A stretch of DNA of 64,000 nt from IMG/VR virus record IMGVR_UViG_3300022752_000051; one strand, 5' to 3'. Below, one piece after another: positions 9,519 through 20,084 of this stretch. A program made the translations under genes and the position numbers. This DNA is from an uncultured virus (IMG/VR IMGVR_UViG_3300022752_000051) (taxonomy: Duplodnaviria > Heunggongvirae > Uroviricota > Caudoviricetes). The number at the start of each line of letters is the position of its first letter. Within the stretch, counting starts at the first letter, position 1. The notes under the pieces are model-generated. The model was not told the origin of the DNA, ran no database searches, and worked only from the letters and a program-made list of their open reading frames with translations.

Positions 9519-10290
9519 TAAAATAATTTTTGCATCGGACGATAACCCAAATTATTTAGATCTTTGGAAATATGTGTCAAAAGTGTGTAAACTGACTTTG
9601 GGGGTCACTCCAGTTTTGTTTCATATCACTGATGAATATTCAGATTTCAAACAAGATGAATTTGGTGTAGTCAAAAAAATAAAAAAACATCCTGAAATTC
9701 CAACGAGCTTTCAAGCGCAACTTTATAGATTATATGGTACCAAATTTTTCCCAAATGAGAGTTGTTTGATATCGGATATTGATATGTTCACGTTTAATTA
9801 CAAATACTTTATTGAACAAGTTGAACTTTACGAACCACAAGATTTTATTGTTTATCTCTCTGATGCTTACGATTTGTCAAGACCAGATACTCAACAAATG
9901 TGGGCGTTAAATAGGGTACCTATGTGTTATGTTTTGGGTTTGGGGTCTACATTTACCAAACTAATAAAGAATGAATGTGATTTTAACGAATATGTTGAAA
10001 AAGTTCTTGATTTAAATTTTGGTTATGAATTTCCAATATTCCATAGAGATGAAATTTTTTTGGGTAAATGTATTTCAAGAAATTTCGGAAAGGTCAATAT
10101 TATTAAGTTAAAAAGAAACATAGATAACATAAACAATATTCCAGGACGTATTAATAGAGAAGATTTTTACAATTTTCAATACGATTTATTATATGATAAA
10201 ACATATATTGACTGTCATATACCTTCAAATTGGGTTGAAAATATAAACGAATTTGAAAACATATTCAAAACAATTTTGACTTATAATTGA
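9508..10290 (+). CDS. putative GT-A fold glycosyltransferase
   Basis: LISDIDMF (DxD motif), DE motif and IDCH, located inside the glycosylation operon. Confidence 0.6.
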   Translation: MVVDKIIFASDDNPNYLDLWKYVSKVCKLTLGVTPVLFHITDEYSDFKQDEFGVVKKIKKHPEIPTSFQAQLYRLYGTKFFPNESCLISDIDMFTFNYKYFIEQVELYEPQDFIVYLSDAYDLSRPDTQQMWALNRVPMCYVLGLGSTFTKLIKNECDFNEYVEKVLDLNFGYEFPIFHRDEIFLGKCISRNFGKVNIIKLKRNIDNINNIPGRINREDFYNFQYDLLYDKTYIDCHIPSNWVENINEFENIFKTILTYN

Positions 10291-11247
10291 ATGGTAATAC
10301 CTGATGAGAATAGATTGAATTTTATTATTTATCTTTTCACTCCGTTTGCTGAAGCAATGACTGGGGGGTTGGTGGCCCTACATAAATTAGCATACAAATT
10401 AGCTGAAAGAGGTAATGATGTATTTATATTTTGTGAACCAGAATTCCCACATCCAAATATTCATATAATTTCGTCAACCAAAACATATGATGTCGAGTTT
10501 GTACAGGGACACACGTGGGAGCCTTTTAGTTATCCTTTACATAAAACAATTTCAATTTACCCACAAATAACAAGAGGAAATCCTTTTAATACAAAATATG
10601 TAACTAGATGGATTTTATATGATACCCAATTGGATATTGAATCAGACTATGGAATTGAAGATGACTATTTCTTTTATGGTGATTTCAAAACATTCAGAAA
10701 GGTTGATTATAAACCTTTAACCGTTTTCAATTATTTTTTTGATAGATTATACAAATTTAATAACGGTAAACGTAAATCTTTTTGTCATATTATACATAAA
10801 AACACACCACCGAATGGTGTAGACATTTTCAAAAAATTGGGATCCTTCGATTTAACAAATTGGAAAACAAGTGGCGGACATGAATATCTGAGAGATCGTT
10901 TAAATGAGTATGAATATATGCTCACGTATGATCAAAAAACATTTTATTCATTAGCGGCTGGATTATGTGGAACTAAAACTATAATACTAAATGCTGGTTC
11001 TCCATATGTTTTTACACCAAATGCTTATACAGAGTCTGAAGATTATAAAACAAATATGACACCGACAGAATATAGATTAAGAAACCCAATTCAAGCGTTT
11101 GGTGTTGCGTATGGATGGGATGATATTTCATGGGCGAATAAGACAATAGACTTTGTTCCTGATTACCTGAAAGAACTTGAAAAAATTGATGATAAGACTG
11201 TAGATAGTTTTGTTGATTTTTGGAAAAAAAAACTGATGATTGAATAA
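10291..11247 (+). CDS. putative glycosyltransferase (WavQ-like, GT-B type)
   Basis: Motifs GGLVALHKLAYKL, IYPQITRGNPF..KYVTRWIL and YDQKTFYSLAAGLCG. Confidence 0.6.
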   Translation: MVIPDENRLNFIIYLFTPFAEAMTGGLVALHKLAYKLAERGNDVFIFCEPEFPHPNIHIISSTKTYDVEFVQGHTWEPFSYPLHKTISIYPQITRGNPFNTKYVTRWILYDTQLDIESDYGIEDDYFFYGDFKTFRKVDYKPLTVFNYFFDRLYKFNNGKRKSFCHIIHKNTPPNGVDIFKKLGSFDLTNWKTSGGHEYLRDRLNEYEYMLTYDQKTFYSLAAGLCGTKTIILNAGSPYVFTPNAYTESEDYKTNMTPTEYRLRNPIQAFGVAYGWDDISWANKTIDFVPDYLKELEKIDDKTVDSFVDFWKKKLMIE

Positions 11248-11248
11248 T

Positions 11249-13129
11249 ATGGAAATTATCCAAGTTTTTGATTTGAAAATAGGCCTTATACAACTTTGGT
11301 TTGGCCCAATACCTGATTATTTTAAGTATCATCTTGAAACAATAAAAAATATAGATTTTATTGATTTCCATTTTTTTACGGATCAAGAATTGGATATAGA
11401 ACAATCTAATTTTCATTATTATAAAATAGACAGAGAGTATGTTACACAACTTCTGTCAAAAAAGTTAAATTGTGAAATTGAAATAAACTCAGATAAAAAA
11501 TTCTGTGATGTTAAAGCGGCACTGAGTGATATATTTTATTTGTACATTAAAGATTACGACTACGTTGGGTGTTATGATATTGATACTTTGTTTGGTGATG
11601 TAAATAAATTTTTGAAACCACATTTGGGTCTTTATGATTTTATCAGTATTGGTGAAAAAACATTTTATAATAGATTATCTGGGCCATTTTTAATTTATAA
11701 AAATTCAGAAGAACTAAGAACTTTGTACAAAACAAATGAATTCATTCGTTGTATGAATGAACCTGATGTTACGTTCTTTGAAGAAATAGAACTTAATAAA
11801 ATAGTTAATACAAAATATACAAAATACATTATCAGTGATATAAATGTTAACCCTTCTAATGGTAAGTTAATTTACGAAACCAATTGGAATGGTGGACAAC
11901 TTTATTGTGGTAATAGAGAAATTTTTATTCACCATTTCTACAGAAAAAATAACACAATTCTGGGAAAAATCGGAAATACCGTTTTTTCTAAATTTAAAAA
12001 AGTATTGTTAGATGATTTCATGTGGGTTGTCCATTTTTCGAAAAGTTATGAAAAATATGTACCACAACTACTAAAGAGCATCCACAATTATTCTAACAGA
12101 AAATGTATCGTTTATACAATTAATTATGACAGTGAATTAAAATATGAGTATCAGTATATTTCAGATCAATTTATTTTCATTCGATTGGATATAGAACCCG
12201 GTAAACCAGATACCAAAGGACGAGATTCTGCAATTATGAACTCCAAACCTCTTGTATTATCAAATGCTCTTGATCGATTTCCAAATAAAAAGTTTGTTCA
12301 TATTGATACAGATATTTCTTTGACAACTAATTCAGATAAAATATGTCAATATTTTGATCAATTGGAGGATTATCCTTTAATTAATTCACACATTCACGAT
12401 GTAATTTATTTTTATGGATTTGCTGAAGATGGGGGACTAACAAGTTCGTTACACATATTATTAGAAGCGATAGGTGTTGACACCAACGTACCACTTCCAA
12501 GAAGAAAATGTAATATTATAGTTTTTGATGAAAACTCAAGATGGTTTTTTTCCGAACAAATGGAATTGTATCATAGATTCAAAAATTCAGATGACCCAGC
12601 AGTTTTAACACTTCACGATGAAGACACGGCTAATGCGGTTCTAACCAAGTATCAACTGTATAAATGTTTACCACTTATAGACATTGAGGAAACTTTTGAT
12701 TTATCTATGGACGTATTATACAAATACAGTTATAGTCTTACACCAATTTCCGAACATGTAAGTTTACCAAAAAATCTGAATGAAATTTTGTTCTTTCACG
12801 GATTTAAAAGTGAAGAAGATTTTGAAAACATAAATCAACACTATGGTAAAAAAACACTATCACACGATGATATTGACATTTACTATAGAGATGAAACTTT
12901 ATTTATTGAAAGAAACAATTATATGATCGATAAAAAATTTGAACAAAAAGTCGATCTAATCATCTACAAAGAAAATTACACCGAAATCTTTAATTTTTGT
13001 TGTCAAGATATATTCAATAATAATCTGTTTTTTATATCCCAATTTTATTTACCACCATCAACTTATTTACTTGAGATAGTTGAAACCAATTCAAGAAAAG
13101 TAATATATCACAATCACTTCCAAATATGA
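11249..13129 (+). CDS. two-domain glycosyltransferase-like protein (DUF6625-like + GT-A)
   Basis: N-domain has WFGPIPDYF, KFCDVK and YDYVGCYDIDTLFGD. Second domain has FVHIDTD and HDED. ATG 11249 preferred over TTG 11240. Confidence 0.7.
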   Translation: MEIIQVFDLKIGLIQLWFGPIPDYFKYHLETIKNIDFIDFHFFTDQELDIEQSNFHYYKIDREYVTQLLSKKLNCEIEINSDKKFCDVKAALSDIFYLYIKDYDYVGCYDIDTLFGDVNKFLKPHLGLYDFISIGEKTFYNRLSGPFLIYKNSEELRTLYKTNEFIRCMNEPDVTFFEEIELNKIVNTKYTKYIISDINVNPSNGKLIYETNWNGGQLYCGNREIFIHHFYRKNNTILGKIGNTVFSKFKKVLLDDFMWVVHFSKSYEKYVPQLLKSIHNYSNRKCIVYTINYDSELKYEYQYISDQFIFIRLDIEPGKPDTKGRDSAIMNSKPLVLSNALDRFPNKKFVHIDTDISLTTNSDKICQYFDQLEDYPLINSHIHDVIYFYGFAEDGGLTSSLHILLEAIGVDTNVPLPRRKCNIIVFDENSRWFFSEQMELYHRFKNSDDPAVLTLHDEDTANAVLTKYQLYKCLPLIDIEETFDLSMDVLYKYSYSLTPISEHVSLPKNLNEILFFHGFKSEEDFENINQHYGKKTLSHDDIDIYYRDETLFIERNNYMIDKKFEQKVDLIIYKENYTEIFNFCCQDIFNNNLFFISQFYLPPSTYLLEIVETNSRKVIYHNHFQI

Positions 13130-13947
13130 TATCAGTCAATTACACAGAACAAGGAATAAACGTAAATGTTGAAAAAACTTACGGAATATTCAATTTACCA
13201 CTCAAAGTTTGTTTCAACAAGTTTATTTCAAATGAAATCATCTGGCATTCACTCAACAACGATTATACATACTCGACATTTCCACAAAAAGAAATGATTA
13301 ATGTCGAAATACTAGATTCAAACGGAAATCAAATATTGTTCAAAAAATGGAATGTAGTTGAACAAGGAAGTTACATTTATAGACAGTTGTATTTTTATTG
13401 TAAAAACATTCTCAGTTCAGGTCGAACACCAAACGGACTTGCGATTGGAACACACGATGGTGAATTTGGTGAGTGGGTTCCAGTTGCTGATGAACATCTG
13501 AGTAATATTTGTTTGGTCGAAGGAACCAAATCCCATTTCGAGAAACTGAAAAAAAACTTCGAAAATAACAAAAATATTACACTAATACACGATATAATTA
13601 CACCACATGGAGGTGAAGTTGTTTTTTTTGAAGGTGGTCTTGGTTATACCAATTCCGTAGTTGAAAGAGTCATTCAATCTTGGGAAACAGAACAGATATA
13701 TTCAGATAAAAGAAATTCTACGTCAATAAATGAATTGATAAAACATTTACACTCTTTGGATTGGATTCATTTAGATTTAGAGGGACTTGACGCTCAAATT
13801 ATTATGAATATGGATACTCTTCCAAATTTCATTATCTATGAACACAATAATTTACTTGAAAATGAAAAGAATGAATTGGAAACTTTCCTGAAAAATAAAG
13901 GATATCAAATTTTTTGTGAATCAGTGTCTTGTTCCGCAATTAAATAA
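13126..13947 (+). CDS. FkbM-like methyltransferase
   Basis: Motifs AIGTHDG, LVEG, DWIHLDLEGLDAQII and IIYEH. Confidence 0.7.
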   Translation: MISVNYTEQGINVNVEKTYGIFNLPLKVCFNKFISNEIIWHSLNNDYTYSTFPQKEMINVEILDSNGNQILFKKWNVVEQGSYIYRQLYFYCKNILSSGRTPNGLAIGTHDGEFGEWVPVADEHLSNICLVEGTKSHFEKLKKNFENNKNITLIHDIITPHGGEVVFFEGGLGYTNSVVERVIQSWETEQIYSDKRNSTSINELIKHLHSLDWIHLDLEGLDAQIIMNMDTLPNFIIYEHNNLLENEKNELETFLKNKGYQIFCESVSCSAIK

Positions 13948-14121
13948 TTATTTTCTCTGATAGTTATTTAGGTCATTAAATTTTTTTAAAATTTTTAATG
14001 TATCTAAATAATTTTTTTCAGCCCTGTCAATCTCTTTAATATCGGATGTAGACTCCATTATAGAGTTATATTCTCGTTCAGCGTCCTCGACCAATTTTTC
14101 AATTGATTTAATTAGTTTCAT
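13948..14121 (-). CDS. 57-aa hypothetical protein (absent from ORF track)
   Basis: Read manually as MKLIKSIEKLVEDAEREYNSIMESTSDIKEIDRAEKNYLDTLKILKKFNDLNNYQRK*. It fills the gap exactly and has TATTTAT 6 nt upstream. Confidence 0.7.
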   Translation of the reverse strand: MKLIKSIEKLVEDAEREYNSIMESTSDIKEIDRAEKNYLDTLKILKKFNDLNNYQRK

Positions 14122-14127
14122 TGTTTA

Positions 14128-14153
14128 ATAAATATATCATTAAATATATTTAT
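14128..14153. promoter_or_regulatory. divergent pair of TATTTAT motifs (putative phage late promoters)
   Basis: ATAAATA at 14128-14134 faces the minus gene and TATTTAT at 14147-14153 faces the plus gene. Confidence 0.6.
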
Positions 14154-14165
14154 CAAATAAAAATT

Positions 14166-15404
14166 ATGCCAAACGGATTTAAATATTTAAGTGTGGTTAA
14201 CGAATGTGATTGTCAGTCAAATGGAGGTAGTCCAACAACACTAACATACATAAATCAATGTGGATTAACCTCTACGATAACCTGTCCTGTAAGTCCTAAT
14301 CGTAGTTTTTCTTTCTATGCTATAGAAATCACTAATTCTACAGGTAGTAACGTACAAATTTTGGATTCACCAGTATTAATAAATCAAGCATCACCATATG
14401 GTATAGATGGCCCAGATGTAGGTATGGATAATAACACCATAAAAGATAACCTGATTGTCTTCGCAATTAATAGTAGGGGATATGGACCAACAAATGTAAC
14501 GGGGTATTATGCTGGACTTACACCTCCAGCAGGAGGGTATACTATTTATTCCGTTAGAACAGGATGTAGTAATTATGATGTTCGAACAGCAAATAATGAT
14601 ACAACTTTAATAGGAATTGTAAATTCTTATGGAGCTGGAGCTACAACTATTTATGATGCATTGAACTGGGCAATAAACCAAAAATGGATTTCAGTTGTAA
14701 ATAAAGATTATGGAAACATCTATACTGATTATTTATATTTTTGTATAGATCCTAGTTTCAGTGCTTCGTACCCTAAAAGTGGTACTACAGCATATTCAAT
14801 TGCGTCATATCCAAATTGGAGTGGAACTAGTACAACCGCTGTAATGGTAAACGGAACATTTAATTGGAACTCCTCAATTGGAGGAGGGTCTTGGGGTAAC
14901 CCTGGAACAAACAATTTATATTTTAGTGCGGGTACTAGTTTCTATGGTTCTTCTGAGTTTACTATTGATTTTTGGTACATACCTGACAATCTAGATTTGA
15001 ATGACGTATTATTTATTACACATAATTATGGATCGGCTTCTTTCGGGATAAAAATCACAACTACCTTGTTTGATCAAGATAATAGTAAAATAGAGGTTTT
15101 TATTAAAAATAATGGTGTAGAATATTCAGGTCTATTTGTGATAGCTCCTACAGGAATATGGTGTAATATAGTATTATCTTATGATGGTTTTGCTATTAAG
15201 TTGTACAAAAATAATGTTTATGTTGACGTGTTTGATGATATAGCTGGTGATTATAGTGCTACTAGTTTTCGTTATGCTGGAGACGGAGTTTCAGGTGCAG
15301 TATTAGGAGCTATCAGTACCTTAAAAGTTTATTATAAAGATTTGTCTTTAATAAGTGGTGCATTAACTCAAAATTATAATGCAGTTTCTAGTCAATATGT
15401 ATAA
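14166..15404 (+). CDS. LamG/concanavalin-A-like domain virion protein
   Basis: Motifs DPSFSASYPKSGTT, FTIDFW, WCNIVLSYDG..KLYKN and QNYNA. N-terminal block shared with the next two paralogs. Confidence 0.75.
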   Translation: MPNGFKYLSVVNECDCQSNGGSPTTLTYINQCGLTSTITCPVSPNRSFSFYAIEITNSTGSNVQILDSPVLINQASPYGIDGPDVGMDNNTIKDNLIVFAINSRGYGPTNVTGYYAGLTPPAGGYTIYSVRTGCSNYDVRTANNDTTLIGIVNSYGAGATTIYDALNWAINQKWISVVNKDYGNIYTDYLYFCIDPSFSASYPKSGTTAYSIASYPNWSGTSTTAVMVNGTFNWNSSIGGGSWGNPGTNNLYFSAGTSFYGSSEFTIDFWYIPDNLDLNDVLFITHNYGSASFGIKITTTLFDQDNSKIEVFIKNNGVEYSGLFVIAPTGIWCNIVLSYDGFAIKLYKNNVYVDVFDDIAGDYSATSFRYAGDGVSGAVLGAISTLKVYYKDLSLISGALTQNYNAVSSQYV

Positions 15405-18142
15405 TGCCACAAGTTGTTAAATATTCAACAAATCCCGTTGACTATGCTATAAAAAAAGGAAACATGGCAATCGGAGTTAATTCGGTTGACTATGGTGATG
15501 GCACATGGTGGAATACAATCGATGTTCCTTCAGGTGGGTACGTTGCGTATGCAAACAAAGCATCAAACGGTCCATCTATTATGGTTCCGCAAAACGACAT
15601 TAATCTTGTAGGTGCCGCAAGGTCTTTTGGTGCGTCTTCGTCAGTCACCACAGCGGCAGGAGCTTTGAATTATTTTGCTTCACAATCAGACATGATTGTT
15701 GTCAACAAAAACTACAATAATATTGTAACAAGTGGTTTAGTTTTAAATTTGGATGCCTCATTTGTCGCTTCATATCCTGTTAGTGGAACAAGTTGGTATG
15801 ATGTAAGTGGTAGTGGTAATACAGGGATTTTACAAAATGGTCCAGTATACAACACAAATGGATCTATATTGTTTGATGGTGTTGATGACAGAGTACAAAT
15901 GTCACAATCAGTTACGGCATCTAGTTGGAGTGTTACTAGTGTTTTTTCCATGAATTTTCAAAAAATCAAATCTACACAAAATTTAGTATTGACATCGTCT
16001 AGTGTAGGTTTTTCACCTGGTTCAACATTACTACAATTTTCATATAGTGTAACCATTTATACTATCGTTTCTGATTCTTCAGGAAATATCTACATTGGTG
16101 GACGTATAACTGAATACAATGGTACCGTTAGAGTTTTTATAGTTAAAACCGACGGGTCTGGAAATATAGATACAACATTTAATCCTAGTTTAACTTTAAT
16201 ATCAACACAAGAGGTCACTGATTTGGGACTTGATTCATTAGGTAATTTGTACTATGTGGGATACAATCTTGGGAACTTCACAAGAATAAGTACAACGACT
16301 GGGTCACAACTTCAACAAGTAGCGACAGTGAATGCTTCAATCACACAGTCTAATATGGTTTTAGATTTAATGAATGACAAAGTATACATAGGCGGTTGGT
16401 TCACGTCGATCCAAGGTACTACAGCACAAAAATTCGCTAGACTTAATTTGAGTGCAATGACAATTGACACGACATTTAATACTACAACAGGTTTTCCAAC
16501 TGACGACTCAGTTCAAGCTATATGTTTACAAACAGATGGAAAAATTTTAGTTGGTGGACAATTTACCACGTATAAAAGTAATAGTTACAATCGAATTATT
16601 AGATTGAACTCAGATGCTTCAATAGATACAAGTTTCATTATTGGTACAGGGTTCAATAATACTATTAGAAGAAGGTGTATTCAGGTGCAATCAGATGGTA
16701 AAATACTTGTAGGCGGTGATTTCACCGCGTACAGTGGTGTCACTAGAAATAGAATTATCAGGTTGAATTCTGGTGGAACCATAGATGATACTTTCACAAT
16801 AGGAACTGGTTTTAATAGTTCAGTATTATCATTACATATATTATCATCTAGTAAAATAATAGTTGGTGGTTCTTACACTGCATATAGTGGAGTTACTAGA
16901 AATAGAATTATCAGGTTAAATTCAGATGGAAGTATTGATAATACTTTTACAATTGGAACTGGGTTTAACAATGAGGTACAAAGTATTCATATATTGAATG
17001 ATGGAAAAATAATGGTAGGTGGAACATTTACCACTTATAGTGGGATAACGGTAAATCAAATTTGTCGTTTGAACGCCGATGGAACATTAGATAACACTTT
17101 TAATTCAGGTACAGGAATATTGGGAGGGTATAGATTGAATTGTCAAACTAGTTATAGAGATTCGGCAAACGTGGCCACTACAAACTTTTTTTATGCAATA
17201 ACAGATCCCTTGAGATATGATTGGAGAAATTATGAGACCGCTATTTCAGCATTTGTTGGTACACAAAAATTCAATAGTTTTACAATAGTAAAAAGTGGAA
17301 ATACTTATTTGCAATATTGGAACGGAGTTTATAGACAACAAACAACTTATACAAATCCTGTAGATGTTGGAGTAAACATAAACCAAATAGGGTCAGGTGC
17401 GAAAGGAAATATTCAGTATTTGTATCAATATAATCGTGCTTTAAGTAACAGTGAAATACTACAAAATTATTATGGTGGTGCGATTTTGACAACAAATTTG
17501 AGACAAATGTGGGATGCTGGGAACATTATTTCATTTTTGAGTGGAACAACTAGTACTTACGATTTAGTTAGTGATTCTGTAACAGGTACCACCCAAAATG
17601 GTGTTGGTTTCTCTAATGGATACGGGGGTTTTTGGAATTTCGATGGTACGGATGATAGGATAATTTTAGGTTCAAGTATCACTATGGGTAATGGAAGTAC
17701 TGGTTGGACTATTTCAGCCTGGGTCAAAACAACAACAAATGTAAATGGACTTGGACAGGGAACGATTATAAGTAATCAATCTGGAGGTCCTGTATACTCA
17801 CAATTATGTATAAATTCTGGTAAAATTTGTTATTGGGTTTATAAGACTAGTTGGGTTCAGTATACAGGCAATACAAATGTCAATACAGGAAATTGGGTAA
17901 ACTTAGTTTGGAGAAATAATGCTTCAAACACTATGAACTTTTTTGTTAACGGAAATTTAGATGGTACTGTTAGTGATTCGTCTATAGGTGGTCCAACCAC
18001 CAATCCTTTAGACTCAATTGGTCGATCTTGGACTAGTACATTTGCAGGTGATATTGCGTTAATTATGATTCATAGGGCTGCTTTAACTCAAAATGAAATT
18101 ATTCAAAATTTTAATGCACATAGAAACAGATTTGGTCTTTGA
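15404..18142 (+). CDS. LamG-domain protein with inserted delta-60-type (beta-propeller) repeats
   Basis: IVTSGLVLNLDA..SYPVSGTSWYD; repeated Q(S/T)DGKILVGG.FT.Y....NRIIRLN.DGSID.TF.IGTGFN; C-terminal LamG ending QNFNAHRNRFGL. Confidence 0.85.
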   Translation: MPQVVKYSTNPVDYAIKKGNMAIGVNSVDYGDGTWWNTIDVPSGGYVAYANKASNGPSIMVPQNDINLVGAARSFGASSSVTTAAGALNYFASQSDMIVVNKNYNNIVTSGLVLNLDASFVASYPVSGTSWYDVSGSGNTGILQNGPVYNTNGSILFDGVDDRVQMSQSVTASSWSVTSVFSMNFQKIKSTQNLVLTSSSVGFSPGSTLLQFSYSVTIYTIVSDSSGNIYIGGRITEYNGTVRVFIVKTDGSGNIDTTFNPSLTLISTQEVTDLGLDSLGNLYYVGYNLGNFTRISTTTGSQLQQVATVNASITQSNMVLDLMNDKVYIGGWFTSIQGTTAQKFARLNLSAMTIDTTFNTTTGFPTDDSVQAICLQTDGKILVGGQFTTYKSNSYNRIIRLNSDASIDTSFIIGTGFNNTIRRRCIQVQSDGKILVGGDFTAYSGVTRNRIIRLNSGGTIDDTFTIGTGFNSSVLSLHILSSSKIIVGGSYTAYSGVTRNRIIRLNSDGSIDNTFTIGTGFNNEVQSIHILNDGKIMVGGTFTTYSGITVNQICRLNADGTLDNTFNSGTGILGGYRLNCQTSYRDSANVATTNFFYAITDPLRYDWRNYETAISAFVGTQKFNSFTIVKSGNTYLQYWNGVYRQQTTYTNPVDVGVNINQIGSGAKGNIQYLYQYNRALSNSEILQNYYGGAILTTNLRQMWDAGNIISFLSGTTSTYDLVSDSVTGTTQNGVGFSNGYGGFWNFDGTDDRIILGSSITMGNGSTGWTISAWVKTTTNVNGLGQGTIISNQSGGPVYSQLCINSGKICYWVYKTSWVQYTGNTNVNTGNWVNLVWRNNASNTMNFFVNGNLDGTVSDSSIGGPTTNPLDSIGRSWTSTFAGDIALIMIHRAALTQNEIIQNFNAHRNRFGL

Positions 18143-18155
18143 AATATTTAAAGTT

Positions 18156-18419
18156 ATGACAGAAGAATACGAAAACAGAAGGTTTGTTATTTTTAATGTA
18201 ACAGAACTCAATCTCATAGATTTCAATCAAGTTTATGAGACCTCAGAAGAAACCGTTAGAAAATCGGTTGATCAAACAAAAACATTTGTAAAGTATGATA
18301 TACCACAACCATCATCAGTTGCGGCACTTACAACAAAATCTCAAGAATATACCTATGATGAGATTTTACAAATATTATCCACACCAGAGTGGACGGATCC
18401 AAATCCGATAGAACATTAA
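18156..18419 (+). CDS. small conserved phage protein accompanying LamG genes
   Basis: MTEEYENRRFVIFN..IDFNQVYETS..TVRKSVD.TKTFVKY...ILSTPEW. ATG at 18156. Confidence 0.7.
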   Translation: MTEEYENRRFVIFNVTELNLIDFNQVYETSEETVRKSVDQTKTFVKYDIPQPSSVAALTTKSQEYTYDEILQILSTPEWTDPNPIEH

Positions 18420-18427
18420 TATTTTGT

Positions 18428-20050
18428 ATGCCACAACCTGTAAAATATTCCACATCATCAGTTCCCAATGCAATAAAAAAAGGGAATATGGCAATTGGTG
18501 TAAATCAGGTTGAATATTCACCAACATCTACAACTGGATGGTATGCTGGTATTAGTCCACCAGTAAGTGGGTATACAGTATATGTCAATAAAGCCACTCA
18601 AGGGCCATCAATACTAGTCGCGAGTAATGATACTGATTTAGTGAGTGTCGCAAGATCACAAGGTGCCTCAGCATCTGTTACAACCGCGGCTGGTGCTTTG
18701 AATTATTTTGCATCACAATCGGATATGATGGTTGTTAATAAGAATTACAATGATATTGTTACAAGTGGATTGGTTATGAATTGGGACGCATCATTTGTTG
18801 CGTCTTATCCTGTGAGTGGTACAAGTTGGTATGATATCAGTGGTAGTGGAAATACTGGGACGTTAAATAACGGGCCAACTTTTAACTCTTCAGGTTATTT
18901 CGTATTTGATGGTACAGATGATTCTATCACTAGGTCATATAATTCTACATTTAATATTCGTTCTGGTATAACACTTTATGTATTATTTCGTAGAAATTCA
19001 ATATTTACACAATTATCTGATTGTTTTATATTATCAAGACCACCCGCGTGGTATTTTTATGATGAATACAATGCGGGTACTATCCGTGGTGATGTTTTTA
19101 TAGATGGTACAAGACGAGGTAATAGAAGTGTAGCTATGCCGAATGATGGTAGATGGTATGAGTTTGTCTATACTTATGATAGTTCTACAGGTTGGGCTAT
19201 TATGTATAGAAATGGGACTGCGGCCTCATCAACACAAGTCACTGGTCTTAGCAATTATTTGATTGATTCATCAAGTGCTAATTTCCTAAGTATATTTTCT
19301 AGTAATGTTGGTAAAAGTTATTTTGTAAATAGTTTGAGAATTTACAATAGAGCACTATCGGCTACAGAGATTTCACAAAACTATTATGGTGGCCCAATAG
19401 TTACAAGTGGGTTAACATTTGCTGTTGATGCTGGTAATTTGGTATCATTTCAAAATGGGTCTGGATCTACTTTTTCATTAGTTGGATCATATACAGGTAC
19501 ATTACAAAATGGAGTATCTTACACCACTGGAGGTGGTGGTAGTTGGGATTTTGATGGATCTGACGATTGGATATCAATTCCCACTTATACTTTTGGTAAT
19601 GGTGGTTGGACTTGTAATATTTGGACACAAGGCGATAGTATTACTTATAGTACTACTGGAAATCTAATTTCAAATAGTAGTGGAGGGCCTGTCACTAATG
19701 CTATGGGATTTCTCTCAAGTAAAATACATTACCGAAATTATGATGGTGCTTGGAAATCTAACTCAGGTAACACAACATTAACAGCTGGACAATGGTATAT
19801 GCTTACTTGGGTTAATTATTCAGGCGCTACAGCTCAACAAGGTACTATGAAGATGTTTGTTAATGGTAATGTAGATTCTGGAGTGTTTAATTCATATACA
19901 ACTAATGGTGGGCCATGTGACGCTATCGGTAGAAATTGGTTTGATTACTTTAATGGTAGAATAGGATTAGTTCAATTTTACAATAAATCGTTAACAGATG
20001 TTGAGGTTGTGCAAAACTTTAACGCACAAAAAAGAAGATTTGGTTTTTAG
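18428..20050 (+). CDS. tandem LamG-domain virion protein
   Basis: Two IVTSGL..DA..S(Y/F) / FDG.DD / YN(R/K).L...E...N(Y/F) units. Paralog of 15404..18142. Confidence 0.85.
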   Translation: MPQPVKYSTSSVPNAIKKGNMAIGVNQVEYSPTSTTGWYAGISPPVSGYTVYVNKATQGPSILVASNDTDLVSVARSQGASASVTTAAGALNYFASQSDMMVVNKNYNDIVTSGLVMNWDASFVASYPVSGTSWYDISGSGNTGTLNNGPTFNSSGYFVFDGTDDSITRSYNSTFNIRSGITLYVLFRRNSIFTQLSDCFILSRPPAWYFYDEYNAGTIRGDVFIDGTRRGNRSVAMPNDGRWYEFVYTYDSSTGWAIMYRNGTAASSTQVTGLSNYLIDSSSANFLSIFSSNVGKSYFVNSLRIYNRALSATEISQNYYGGPIVTSGLTFAVDAGNLVSFQNGSGSTFSLVGSYTGTLQNGVSYTTGGGGSWDFDGSDDWISIPTYTFGNGGWTCNIWTQGDSITYSTTGNLISNSSGGPVTNAMGFLSSKIHYRNYDGAWKSNSGNTTLTAGQWYMLTWVNYSGATAQQGTMKMFVNGNVDSGVFNSYTTNGGPCDAIGRNWFDYFNGRIGLVQFYNKSLTDVEVVQNFNAQKRRFGF

Positions 20051-20084
20051 TTTGCAATCAAAAACAAATAACTAATATTATGTT

